The position numbers were made by a program, and so were the translations under genes. Source: Chloroflexota bacterium (GTDB taxonomy: Bacteria > Chloroflexota > Dehalococcoidia > SM23-28-2 > RBG-16-64-32). From it: a stretch of 64,000 nt of DNA. The stretch covers positions 6,214-70,213 of the forward strand of contig JACZRQ010000001.1 of the NCBI GenBank assembly GCA_022574655.1. The letters are read 5' to 3'. Under the pieces are notes generated by a model. That model was not told the DNA's origin. It worked only from the letters and a program-made list of their open reading frames with translations, and ran no database searches. Shown piece by piece: positions 40,725 through 49,817 of the stretch. Numbering within the stretch: position 1 is the stretch's first letter; each line of letters starts with the position of its first letter.

Positions 40725-41491
40725 GGCCCCACCAGCGTCCGGTCACCGCCCGGCAGCACCAGCAAGTGACGCTGGAACGCCTCGGCCAAGAGATCGGCCG
40801 TGAACACGTCCTTGGGCCGTCCGAACGCCACCACTCGCTTGTTGAGCAGAACCGCGTGATCGAAGTCCGAGGCCACGCAGGACAGATCGTGCGTGGCGAC
40901 GAATAACGTACGGTCTTCCTTGCGAAGGTCTTCCAGCAGGCGCAGGAGATCGTGCTGGGCCGCGGCGTCAAGGCCCGCCAACGGCTCGTCGAGCAGGATC
41001 AGGTCCGCTTCCTGTGCCAGCGCCCGCGCGATCAGCACCCGCCGCTGCTGGCCACCGGACAGTTCACCGACTCGGCGACGGCGAAACTGCGCCAGGTTCA
41101 CGCGCTCGAGGGACCGAAGAGCGATGTCTCGATCCTCGCGCCCGGGTCTACGCACGAGCCCGATCTTCCCGTAGCGTCCCATCAACACGACATCCTCTAC
41201 CGTCACGGGAAAGCTCCAGTCGACCAGCTCCGACTGCGGTGCGTAGCCGATGGATGCGGCGCCGGCTTTCACACTGGCTCCGGAGACCTTCACGGCACCG
41301 CTCCACGGCTTCATCAGGCCCATGATCACCTTGATAAGAGTCGACTTGCCCGAGCCGTTCGGTCCGACGAGGCCCGCCAGGCATCCCTTCTCGACGGTGA
41401 ATGTCACATCATCAAGCGCCGCCTGGCCGTTGTAGCCCGCGCTCAGGTGGCTCACGTCGACGGCCGGAACCTGCGTTGCTTCGGAACTCAT
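40721..41491 (-). CDS. znuC: metal ABC transporter ATP-binding protein
   Basis: Walker A (GPNGSGKST), the LSGGQQRR signature and Walker B are present. The start is taken at the ATG at 41491, preceded by GGAGG. Confidence 0.8.
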   Translation of the reverse strand: MSSEATQVPAVDVSHLSAGYNGQAALDDVTFTVEKGCLAGLVGPNGSGKSTLIKVIMGLMKPWSGAVKVSGASVKAGAASIGYAPQSELVDWSFPVTVEDVVLMGRYGKIGLVRRPGREDRDIALRSLERVNLAQFRRRRVGELSGGQQRRVLIARALAQEADLILLDEPLAGLDAAAQHDLLRLLEDLRKEDRTLFVATHDLSCVASDFDHAVLLNKRVVAFGRPKDVFTADLLAEAFQRHLLVLPGGDRTLVGP

Positions 41492-41495
41492 CGAA

Positions 41496-42419
41496 TCAAC
41501 CTCCGAGGCAGCGTGCGAGCTCATCAGCGTTGTGGCGGACAAGGTCCGTATAGGACTCGACATCGCCCATGAAAGCGTCGCTAAGGAGCACACACACCTC
41601 CACTCCAGCATCCGCCGCGGCCTGCTCCAGCACGTCCGTCTCCGGCCCGACTTGCGGCTCTCTGAACACTGCCGGCACCTGCCGATCCTCGATCACCTGC
41701 GTCAGATCAGCCACCGCTCTCGGACTTGGCTCCTGGCCCGGGCCCGTTGCGACCACTGCTCCGACCTCGAAGTCAATCGCGCGTGCGAGATAGGGAAATG
41801 CGTCGTGCGTGGTTACCAACACCCGCCGCCCAAGGGCGACTTCTGCAGCCTTCTGGGCGAGATATGCCGTGGCGTCGTTTAGCTCGCGGGCGTAGTCTAG
41901 ACGGTTCTCTTTGAACTTGTCCTCCTTGCCCGGTACTAGTTCGGCCAAGCGCTCCTCGATGATACCGCCGTAAAAGTGCACAGCTCTGGGATCGAGCCAG
42001 AGGTGCGGGTTGGTGTCGCCGCCTTCGTCACCAACGATTGTCTCGAAACCTCGCGCTGCAGCTTCCTCGGCCAGCTTCACCAGCGACACGTTCGAGCGAA
42101 TGTTCGCCTCTATCAGCGCGATGGTGGCGGTTTCCAGGTTGAATCCATTCGCGAATACGATGTCGGCCTGTGATATCAATGCAACGTCGCCCGGCGAGAG
42201 CTCGAACGTGTGCGGATCGGCCCCGGCCGGGATGAGTGCCGACACTTCGACCTCGTCGCCGCCAACGCCGCGCACAAAGTCTGCGGCCAGTTCCAGAGTC
42301 GTCACCACGCGAAGCCTCTCGCCACTATCATCGTCGCCGCCGCCACACGCGACGGTGGTTAGAATCGCAGTGCAGAGCAACAGAGCGAAGAATCCGATGG
42401 CTATGGTACGCAGCTTCAA
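41496..42419 (-). CDS. znuA: metal ABC transporter substrate-binding lipoprotein (ZnuA/TroA-like)
   Basis: A lipoprotein signal (TVACGGG) on a cluster-A-1 SBP fold sequence, directly downstream of a Fur-family regulator. Confidence 0.75.
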   Translation of the reverse strand: MKLRTIAIGFFALLLCTAILTTVACGGGDDDSGERLRVVTTLELAADFVRGVGGDEVEVSALIPAGADPHTFELSPGDVALISQADIVFANGFNLETATIALIEANIRSNVSLVKLAEEAAARGFETIVGDEGGDTNPHLWLDPRAVHFYGGIIEERLAELVPGKEDKFKENRLDYARELNDATAYLAQKAAEVALGRRVLVTTHDAFPYLARAIDFEVGAVVATGPGQEPSPRAVADLTQVIEDRQVPAVFREPQVGPETDVLEQAAADAGVEVCVLLSDAFMGDVESYTDLVRHNADELARCLGG

Positions 42420-42427
42420 AAAACCAG

Positions 42428-42862
42428 CTACCCAGCCAGAACTGCCCTAGACCGGCTCCGGCACTGGGAACACTTACCGTAAAGCTCGAGCCAGTGGCCT
42501 TCGATTTCGAATCCGGTGGCGCTGGAGAGTTCCCGCATTACGTCTGCGATCACGCACTGGTCGAGATCCTGGACACGTCCGCAGTCGCTACAGACGACAT
42601 GATGATGATGCTTGCCCCGCTCAGACACGCGATAGTGCAAGCTCGCATCCTCCATGAGCACACGGCAGACGACGCCGATCTCCGTCAACAGCCGGATCGT
42701 ACGAAACACAGTGGCGCGACCCGCGCCCTGGTACGAGAGGAGATCATCTACGGTGAAGTGCTCGCTCTGCTGGAGGATAGCCGCAATTACAGCACGGCGC
42801 GACGGCGTTACGCGGTGTCCCCGCGCCTCCAGCTTCAGACTAATCGCTTCAAGATCTGACAT
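42428..42862 (-). CDS. zur: Fur family transcriptional regulator (Zur-like)
   Basis: 144 aa with a Fur winged helix and C-terminal HHHH and CxxC...CxxC metal sites. It is the first gene of the znuACB block. Confidence 0.8.
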   Translation of the reverse strand: MSDLEAISLKLEARGHRVTPSRRAVIAAILQQSEHFTVDDLLSYQGAGRATVFRTIRLLTEIGVVCRVLMEDASLHYRVSERGKHHHHVVCSDCGRVQDLDQCVIADVMRELSSATGFEIEGHWLELYGKCSQCRSRSRAVLAG

Positions 42863-42864
42863 TG

Positions 42865-42891
42865 ATACCTCGTCTCGGTGAGACTAAGTAT
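42865..42891. promoter_or_regulatory. 27-bp palindrome immediately upstream of zur (candidate operator)
   Basis: ATAC-ctc-GTCTC-ggt-GAGAC-taa-GTAT has perfectly symmetric arms centred 16 nt upstream of the zur start codon. Confidence 0.4.
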
Positions 42892-42937
42892 CACTTGGAG
42901 ACGTCCTTGTGTCAATGCAGGAGTCTCTACCGGGATT

Positions 42938-43732
42938 CTAGTCGCCGAAGCTTGTGTACAGAATGTATTCGCCGTGGGCTGGCGAAGTGCTGCCGCCCTC
43001 AGGCTCGATGGTAATACCCAGTCCGCTCGGCGGCCCCGACTCGGTCAACCCGAGCGGCATATTACACGAACCGTTGTGCGAGCTGAAGGTGCCGGCGGAC
43101 TGGGGGCTGCCCTCGAGGGTGAACCACGCCTGATAGACCTGGCCTTCTGCCAGAGGTGGCAGGCCCTCACACAAGATGAACCCCGTCTGATCCTTTTGAC
43201 TCCAAGTGTACGTGACCGCCGCTTCCGCAGCCTCGGGGCCCACCGGCTCCACGTCCAAGGTAGCGAGATCATCTGCCCGCAGGAACACAAACATGATGTC
43301 GCGCATGTCGACGATCGTCTGCTCTTCGACGGCAACCAAGTTCTCGAGGTCGCTGTTGTCGCCACGAAGGTCGCTCAATTGGACCTGCAGGACGGCAGCG
43401 AACACCAAGGCGGCGACACCCGCTAGTCCGAACGCTCCAGCGGCGGTTGGCCAACCGACTCGAAACCGGTCAAAAATGCTGGTTGCCGGTCGCGACTCGC
43501 GGGCAGCCTCCCGTATTATCCGCTCTTCCAAGCCGGCCGGGGCGTCCTCCACGGGAATAGCCAGCGCTAGCATCGCTGCCGCGCGCTGCGCCTCGTTCAA
43601 CTGTTCCCAGCAGCGGACGCAGTCTGACACGTGCTCCTCGAGGCCACGAGCCTCGTCCGGCTCAGAGGCGCCAAGAGAGTAGGCGTCAAGGATCTCCGCT
43701 ACTTGCTCGCAGTCCATCTGCTTCGTACTCAT
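42938..43732 (-). CDS. anti-sigma factor, zinc-binding (ZAS) RskA-like
   Basis: It has an N-terminal H-x3-C-x2-C motif (EEHVSDCVRC), a central TM helix and a C-terminal extracytoplasmic domain. Its start overlaps the stop of the ECF sigma gene. Confidence 0.7.
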   Translation of the reverse strand: MSTKQMDCEQVAEILDAYSLGASEPDEARGLEEHVSDCVRCWEQLNEAQRAAAMLALAIPVEDAPAGLEERIIREAARESRPATSIFDRFRVGWPTAAGAFGLAGVAALVFAAVLQVQLSDLRGDNSDLENLVAVEEQTIVDMRDIMFVFLRADDLATLDVEPVGPEAAEAAVTYTWSQKDQTGFILCEGLPPLAEGQVYQAWFTLEGSPQSAGTFSSHNGSCNMPLGLTESGPPSGLGITIEPEGGSTSPAHGEYILYTSFGD

Positions 43733-44325
43733 GTCACCTCGGGACTGAGGGCCGCCTTCAACTTCTGCATCCCCAGTCTAATCCTCGTCTTCACGGTTCC
43801 CAGCGGCTGATCTAGCTTGTCGGAGATCTCCTGCTGTGTCAGGCCCCCGAAGTAGGCAAGCTCGATCACCCGTCGCTGCTCCGCCGGTAGACCCGAAAGC
43901 GCCGTTAAGATGATCCTGCGCTGATCCGACATCTCTGCCGTCAGCGCCGGATCGTCCCGCTCATCTCCGGGTACGTCCCATTCTTGCTCCTCCGGCGATG
44001 CAGTCTCGTGCCGATAACGTCGGTTCCGTGACCGGATCGCGTCGACCGCTCGGTTCCTGGTCACCGAAGTGAGCCAGGTCGCAAACTTCCCACGCGTCGC
44101 CACGTAGCTCTCTGGCTTGCGCCATATGCGAAGGAATATTTCCTGAACCACATCCTCAGCCAAACTCGCATCTCGCAGCACCCGCAGTGAGGCGGAGTAC
44201 ACGAGACTGCTATATCGGTTGTAAAGCGTCCGAAACGCCGTCAGGTCCCGAAGGGTCAGGCGTTCCATGAGCGCCTGGTCCTCCAGAGCCTTGTACGTCT
44301 CTTCCTCAGATGTTACGTCCGTCAT
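43729..44325 (-). CDS. ECF (sigma-70 family) RNA polymerase sigma factor
   Basis: Region 2 (LVYSASLRVLRD...DVVQEIFLRIW) and region 4 (LTQQEISDKLDQPLGTVKTRI) are present. The start is taken at the ATG at 44325; a TTG at 44358 is also possible. Confidence 0.8.
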   Translation of the reverse strand: MTDVTSEEETYKALEDQALMERLTLRDLTAFRTLYNRYSSLVYSASLRVLRDASLAEDVVQEIFLRIWRKPESYVATRGKFATWLTSVTRNRAVDAIRSRNRRYRHETASPEEQEWDVPGDERDDPALTAEMSDQRRIILTALSGLPAEQRRVIELAYFGGLTQQEISDKLDQPLGTVKTRIRLGMQKLKAALSPEVT

Positions 44326-44372
44326 AGCGTCACTAGATTCGTCGCGATTCGCTGGCAATCAGACCACATTCT

Positions 44373-44395
44373 AACGAGCGGAACCGCCCCGTTCC
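44373..44395 (-). promoter_or_regulatory. candidate ECF-type promoter (GGAAC ... CGTTAGAAT) upstream of the sigma gene
   Basis: The minus strand reads GGAAC-ggggcggttccgct-CGTTAGAATG. The GGAAC -35 box is part of an inverted repeat GGAACcgccccGTTCC. The 14-nt spacing to CGTT is shorter than the usual 16-17. Confidence 0.3.
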
Positions 44396-44548
44396 ACAGA
44401 CCGTTCATTCTATCGGGGTGCCGTCACAAGGAGGACTCAAGTTGAAACGCTTCGCACTGAGGTCCCGCCGGTGAGAACCAGAGTCGACAGCGCAAACCTA
44501 TCATCCAGGAACTGACGGACTCGGTCGCCGTAGACAGGGGCCTTCTCG

Positions 44549-44830
44549 GTGTTACAATCGAGTCAGTGGATCGGGCGCTCGCCGTCGGTTGCTTTCCGCT
44601 CTCGGCATTTCAGTGATGTCCTCATACACATGACAGGGTGCAACGAGGAGGCCCCCGCTGACGAAGCCGGCCTGCAGCCGTGCGGTGTGATCGTCCAGAT
44701 CCAAGACGAACCGATCGATACACTCGGCGATCTCTTCAGCGTTCTGAACGATTATCGTGCCAGCGTCACGGTAGGCGTAGAGTTCATCAGACGAGACGAC
44801 CGCAAATCAACGGAGATCATATTGGGCTGA
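44549..44830 (+). pseudogene. orphan PDZ-domain fragment resembling the C-terminal PDZ of an HtrA/DegP protease
   Basis: 93-aa ORF containing ...PADEAGLQPCGVIVQIQDEPIDTLGDLFSVLNDYRASVTVGVEFIRRDDRKSTEIIL. This matches a PDZ pattern (spa.kAGLqpGDVIvaing.pi.s..dl...l....pgdtv.l.v.R.g...). No protease domain lies upstream. Confidence 0.45.
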
Positions 44831-44862
44831 CGAGACGCCCGGCAACATGGGATAATGGATTT

Positions 44863-45720
44863 ATGTCGATTTACATAGACGGACTATACAGAAATATAGA
44901 GGTTACGACGGCTCCGAAGCGCGTGATCTCGATCGTGCCAAGCCTTACCGAAACGCTCTTCACGTTCGGAGCTGCAGACATCGTCATGGGTGTCACGGAC
45001 TTTTGCGTCGAACCACCCGAAGCGATGAAGTCGAAAGTTAGGGTCGGCGGAACAAAGACGCTTGATATCGAGAAGGTGAAAGAGATGAAGCCGGATCTCG
45101 TGATAGCGAACGCGGAAGAGAACCGCGAAGAAGACATCCGCCAGCTAGTCAGAAGCGGAATCAAGGTCTTCGTGACGTTTCCGCGCACCGTGTCCGCAGC
45201 GATCAAGATGATGCGCCAGATCGCAGAGATGACGGAGACGCTAGACCGAGCCGAGCCTATTCTCCAGGAGGCCGATGAGACCCTGGCGGAGGTTACGGCC
45301 TTGAGCCAGACGAAGCCGCGGCCGCGCGTGTTCTGCCCGATCTGGAGACGACCCTGGATGAGCGTGGGCGCCGATACCTACACGCACGACTTCATAGCCG
45401 TATGCGGTGGCCGCAACCTCTTCGCAGATCGCCACGATCGGTACCCGCGCATCGAGCTTGACGAGGTGGCACGCAGGATACCCGATGTGATCCTCCTCCC
45501 AAATGAGCCGTATAACTTCCGCGAGGAGCACAAAGCAGATTTCACCGACCGCACACACGTCCCCGCGGTACGGGATGATCGTATCCACATAGTGGATGGC
45601 AAGATTCTATGTTGGTATGGACCGAGGATCGCGAAGGGGCTCCGATTCATCAACGGTCTGCTCCAGAACCCTGCCTCTAAAAACAAGGCTAGCGGTAAGA
45701 CAAGCAAAGCATCCACTTGA
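44863..45720 (+). CDS. TroA/BtuF-like (helical-backbone) substrate-binding protein, no signal peptide
   Basis: VISIVPSLTETLFTFGAADIVMGVTDFC...KPDLVIA matches the cobalamin/siderophore-type PBP N-terminal pattern. The start is taken at the ATG at 44863 (MSIYIDG); upstream ORF sequence to 44680 is Arg-rich junk. Confidence 0.6.
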   Translation: MSIYIDGLYRNIEVTTAPKRVISIVPSLTETLFTFGAADIVMGVTDFCVEPPEAMKSKVRVGGTKTLDIEKVKEMKPDLVIANAEENREEDIRQLVRSGIKVFVTFPRTVSAAIKMMRQIAEMTETLDRAEPILQEADETLAEVTALSQTKPRPRVFCPIWRRPWMSVGADTYTHDFIAVCGGRNLFADRHDRYPRIELDEVARRIPDVILLPNEPYNFREEHKADFTDRTHVPAVRDDRIHIVDGKILCWYGPRIAKGLRFINGLLQNPASKNKASGKTSKAST

Positions 45721-45790
45721 GAGCCCACTGGGCTTGGATTAAGCTAGATAGTAGGGGTGATAGCACCGCCCCATTGAGGTGATGACTTAG

Positions 45791-46681
45791 ATGACTCAAG
45801 TCAAGACAGTTTTCCTCTTAACCATTCTCTCGGGGATCTTCTTGGCCATCGGCTATTTTTTGTTCGGTACTATCGGGATCGTCGGCGGCGCCATCTTTGG
45901 TCTCGCCATGAACGTCGGCTCATACTGGGGCTCGGACAAGCTCGCGCTACGAATGACCGGCTCCAAAGAGGTCACCCAGGACGAAGAGCCCCGGCTTCAC
46001 AGGATCGTAGACGAAGTATCGTCCATGGCACGGATGCCGAAGCCCAAGGTCTACATTATCCAGAACGACGCACCGAACGCGTTCGCGACCGGCCGTAACG
46101 AGAACCACGCGGCAGTCGCCGCGACCACCGGCATTTTGCGCATTCTCGACGACCGCGAGCTGACGGCTGTCTTCGGTCACGAGCTGGGACACGTTAAGAA
46201 CCGCGACATCCTAGTCAGCGCCATCGTCGCCTCTATTGCAACGGCAATCATGGCGCTGGCCTTCATCGGCAGATTTGCGATGTTCTTCGGCGGCCGACGA
46301 GGCATGGGCGGCATGATCGCCATGCTGGCGATCATCATTCTCGCACCGCTTGCTGCCACAGCCGTCCGATTCGCCATTTCACGCCAGCGCGAGTTTGGCG
46401 CGGACGCAACGGGCGCCGAGATCACTCACACACCGATGGCACTGGCAAGCGCGCTACAGAAGCTTGAGAGTTATTCAAAGGCGCGACCGATGCAGGTCAA
46501 CCCAGCCGTTTCCCATCTATTCATCGTCAACCCGCTAGGCGCGACGAAGAGTCAGGGACAGGGGGGAGACTCGATGATGTCCGGATTCATCGGTGGCGGC
46601 CTGTTTAGCAGCCACCCGCCGATGGAGAAGCGCATCGAGCGACTCAACGAGATCGCTCGCCGCACCGGCAACTACTCGTAG
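45791..46681 (+). CDS. htpX: M48 family zinc metalloprotease HtpX (second paralog)
   Basis: It has N-terminal TM helices and an HELGHV zinc motif, and a C-terminal segment conserved in HtpX. Confidence 0.8.
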   Translation: MTQVKTVFLLTILSGIFLAIGYFLFGTIGIVGGAIFGLAMNVGSYWGSDKLALRMTGSKEVTQDEEPRLHRIVDEVSSMARMPKPKVYIIQNDAPNAFATGRNENHAAVAATTGILRILDDRELTAVFGHELGHVKNRDILVSAIVASIATAIMALAFIGRFAMFFGGRRGMGGMIAMLAIIILAPLAATAVRFAISRQREFGADATGAEITHTPMALASALQKLESYSKARPMQVNPAVSHLFIVNPLGATKSQGQGGDSMMSGFIGGGLFSSHPPMEKRIERLNEIARRTGNYS

Positions 46682-46779
46682 CCACAAACCCATGAACGAC
46701 TAGGGCCTCCCGGGCGGGAGGCCCTGCTGCTATAGTGGTCTGTACGCACCATCCGTATGTACGAAAGGAGCCTCAAGCT

Positions 46780-47247
46780 GTGAGATTCCTCGCGGTTCCC
46801 GCCGCCTTCATTGCACTCCTTGCATTCTTCGCCTGTAGCGACGACGAGGGCGAAGACTCCAAACTAGACGTTACCCTTGGCGAATTCTTCATCGATACCA
46901 CTCTAGACACCGTGCCGCCCGGCGACGTCACGTTCGACATCGAAAACGACGGCCCTGATCTAGATCATGAGCTGATAATCATTCGCACGGACTTTGGGAT
47001 TGACGAGTTGCCTACGGAAAACGACGGGACCGTCGATGAGCGTGCGGCCGGAATGGACGTAAAAGGCCGGATCGAGAAGGTGGATCCAGACCGAAAGACT
47101 AGCGGCACCTTCAGTCTGACGGATCCGGGCGCGTACGTTCTGATCTGCAACCTGAAGGATAGAGACGACGAGCCAGACGCCTCTCACTACGCGGACGGAA
47201 TGCGCATCGCCTTCACCGTTGAAGAGTTCGCCGTAACTTCAGAATAA
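46780..47247 (+). CDS. lipoprotein, possible cupredoxin-like domain
   Basis: A GTG start at 46780 follows AAGGAG. The lipobox is LAFFACS. The C-terminal YVLICNL...SHYADGM is suggestive of a C/H/M type-1 Cu site, but the loop spacing is atypical. Confidence 0.4.
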   Translation: MRFLAVPAAFIALLAFFACSDDEGEDSKLDVTLGEFFIDTTLDTVPPGDVTFDIENDGPDLDHELIIIRTDFGIDELPTENDGTVDERAAGMDVKGRIEKVDPDRKTSGTFSLTDPGAYVLICNLKDRDDEPDASHYADGMRIAFTVEEFAVTSE

Positions 47248-47273
47248 CCAGGATACGCGCCTAGCACGGCCGT

Positions 47274-48356
47274 CTAGGCGGAGGAGACGGCTTCGGTGTG
47301 CTTTCCCGCGAAGTGCGGCATTACGTACTTGCCAAATCGCTCCGCCTCTTCAAGGTGCGGGTATCCGGAAAGGATGAACGTGTCGAGGCCGATGTCGGCG
47401 TACTCCTGTAACCGCTTCGCGACGTTCTCGCCTGAGCCCACGAGCGCCGTACCGACTCCCACGCGGGCCTTGCCGATGCCGGTCCACAGGTTGGGTGCGA
47501 TCACGAGGTTCTCTCCGTCTTTGCTGCGCATCTGCTGCTGCCTTCGTTCTCCTTCTGAATCGGTGCGAGCGTGGACCTTGTCCATCGCAGATTCCATGCG
47601 TTCTGGAATCTGCGAGATCAGATCGTCAGCCGCGGCCCACGCCTCCTCCTCCGTCTCACGCACGACGACGTGCAGCCGCATTCCGAAGCGTAACGTCTTG
47701 CCTAAGGCAGACGCCCTTTTGCGCATATCTTCGATTCGCTCCCGCACCATCTCCTGCGTTTCAGCCCAAAGGAGGTATACGTCGGTTTCCTCGGCGCCGA
47801 CGCGCTTCCCGGCCTCCGAAGCGCCACCGAAATAGAAGGGTGGGCACGGCTGCTGATAGGGGCGCGGGAACAGCTTCGCGCCTTCCACCTTGTAGTACTT
47901 GCCTTCGTGATCCCAACGCTTTTCCTCGGTCCAGGCCCTTCGTACAACCTGCATAAACTCCCGGGTCCGTTCGTATCGCTCGTCGTGGTCAAGGAAATCG
48001 CCGTCGGCTGCAAGCTCCGCAGGGTAGCCGCCAGTGACGATGTTGATGAGCACCCGGCCTTTGGTCAGCTGGTCGAGCGTGTTGGACATCTTCGCGGCTA
48101 CCGTCGGCGCCACGAAGCCGGGACGCATCGCGACCAGGAACTTCAACCGCTTCGTCCTGCCGGCAACCGCGGCCGCAGAGAGCCAAGCGTCCTGACATGC
48201 AGCCCCGACCGGAACCAGCGCGAACGTGAAGCCGGCATCCTCAGCCGTCGTGACGACTTCCTCGAGGTAGTCCAAGCTTGGCTCTCTGGTCGGCGGCCCG
48301 ATTATCTCGGAGTCACCCATCGTTGGTAGGAACCAACCAAAATCAATCTTCGTCAT
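47274..48356 (-). CDS. LLM class flavin-dependent oxidoreductase (luciferase-like monooxygenase)
   Basis: 360 aa with a TIM-barrel LLM pattern (FTFALVPVG...RVLINIVTGG), typical of FMNH2-dependent monooxygenases. Confidence 0.75.
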   Translation of the reverse strand: MTKIDFGWFLPTMGDSEIIGPPTREPSLDYLEEVVTTAEDAGFTFALVPVGAACQDAWLSAAAVAGRTKRLKFLVAMRPGFVAPTVAAKMSNTLDQLTKGRVLINIVTGGYPAELAADGDFLDHDERYERTREFMQVVRRAWTEEKRWDHEGKYYKVEGAKLFPRPYQQPCPPFYFGGASEAGKRVGAEETDVYLLWAETQEMVRERIEDMRKRASALGKTLRFGMRLHVVVRETEEEAWAAADDLISQIPERMESAMDKVHARTDSEGERRQQQMRSKDGENLVIAPNLWTGIGKARVGVGTALVGSGENVAKRLQEYADIGLDTFILSGYPHLEEAERFGKYVMPHFAGKHTEAVSSA

Positions 48357-48387
48357 ACCGCTCTCCCCGCTTACAGGCCCCTCGTTG

Positions 48388-48852
48388 CTACCCCTTCAGC
48401 GCCACCGCACACTCATCCAGGTCAGGCACCTCTAGCACCGGATGGACGTCAATGTAGCGGATGATCCCTTCCTTGTCGATCCCGATGACAGCGCGCTCGG
48501 CAACGCCGACCGGGAACAGCACACCGAACTTCTCTGCCACGGCCCCGTGCGGCCAGAAGTCGCTCAAGAGCGGAAATTCGATCCCCATCTGCTTCGCCCA
48601 AGCGTCGAGGGTGTAGTTGTTGTCCACGCTGACGCCGAACACGAGGGTGTCGTCATCGAACATGCTCTTTTGATCCTGGATCCGTGGCATCTGCTGAGAG
48701 CAGACCCCCGAAAATGCTGCCGGAAAGAAGTTGAGCACCACATTGTGCTTGCCTTTGGCATCGCTCAACTTAAATTCGCTGTTCTCCGTGCCTTTCAGCT
48801 CAAAGTCAGGGGCAGCGTCCCCTACCTTCAGCGTCTTCGTCGAATCTCCCAT
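48388..48852 (-). CDS. peroxiredoxin (AhpC/TSA family, AhpE-like 1-Cys type)
   Basis: 154 aa with the peroxidatic Cys context FFPAAFSGVCSQQ on a thioredoxin fold. Confidence 0.7.
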   Translation of the reverse strand: MGDSTKTLKVGDAAPDFELKGTENSEFKLSDAKGKHNVVLNFFPAAFSGVCSQQMPRIQDQKSMFDDDTLVFGVSVDNNYTLDAWAKQMGIEFPLLSDFWPHGAVAEKFGVLFPVGVAERAVIGIDKEGIIRYIDVHPVLEVPDLDECAVALKG

Positions 48853-48900
48853 GTGTCCCTCCTTGCGAGCTTGCTGATCAAGTGAACCGAAATGATACCA

Positions 48901-49737
48901 CTAGTTCGGCACTGCTGAAACGAACATTATCCCTTTGGCGACGACCTCGCCCGAGAGAACCAGTGCCATGGCGATGTACAGCAGGCCCGTTGCGGACTGC
49001 ATCGCCCGCACGCCGGATGAGTCGTAGGCCATGTATGCGAGGAGCATCGGAAACGCTAAGCCGCCAGCCACACGCATCCAGAAGAACGGATTCTCGAGAA
49101 TCGGCGTGTCTACCGAGCTGGGGAACGAGTCTCGCGGCAGCGCCAACGCGAGGATGATGAGCACGGCCTGCAGCAGCATCATGACGAGCAGCAGTCCAGT
49201 CATCTCGCGCAGCGGCTTCTCGGGGAGTCGTGGCGTAACCAGATACCAGTGGCCGAGGACCATGCCCATAGAGACGGCGCCGACGACCAGCGCGCCGACG
49301 ATGAGACTGAGCAGCGTTCCCACGTAACCCCACGTTGGCACCGCTAGCACCTGCGCGAAGAATGCCATCGCCACCAGCCCGGCTATGGAAGCCAGCACGC
49401 CCGCAGCGATCCCCAGCCTACGAGCTTCGATCAGTGTGAGGAGCGAGTACGGCAGCGATAGGCCAAACAGCAAGGCCAACGCCAGCCGCGCCTCCGGCAT
49501 GTACGACGGATCGAGCGGATAGCCGTCGATCTCGTCGCCGACGTTGATCGTGGCGGCCACCCAAAAGGCGAACCCGGCCATGACGAAAACGGTTGCCGCG
49601 CCGAACTTGATGAACGACGGCGTCGCCTGTCCGCGGATCTGGGAAAAGAGGACGACCCACAGCGAGCCGATCGCGAACTCAACGAGGACGATCAGGAGGG
49701 CGAAAGGAAGTGCTTCAGCGCTCATCGACGACAGCAA
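48901..49737 (-). CDS. hypothetical polytopic membrane protein
   Basis: 278 aa with about 8 predicted TM helices and no family recognised. The start could be the internal M (MSAEAL). Confidence 0.45.
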   Translation of the reverse strand: MLSSMSAEALPFALLIVLVEFAIGSLWVVLFSQIRGQATPSFIKFGAATVFVMAGFAFWVAATINVGDEIDGYPLDPSYMPEARLALALLFGLSLPYSLLTLIEARRLGIAAGVLASIAGLVAMAFFAQVLAVPTWGYVGTLLSLIVGALVVGAVSMGMVLGHWYLVTPRLPEKPLREMTGLLLVMMLLQAVLIILALALPRDSFPSSVDTPILENPFFWMRVAGGLAFPMLLAYMAYDSSGVRAMQSATGLLYIAMALVLSGEVVAKGIMFVSAVPN

Positions 49738-49817
49738 TTATCCGACTCGCTCGAAGTACCAGCAAGACAGGCCAAGCCATCACGCAAATCGGGTCGGTCC
49801 AGCGCTACAATAGCGGC

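Noticed and set aside
42010-43682. Multiple 100-200-aa ORFs antisense to znuA, zur and the anti-sigma gene
   Set aside because: They are Ser/Ala/Arg/Thr-rich low-complexity products on the opposite strand of well-supported genes.
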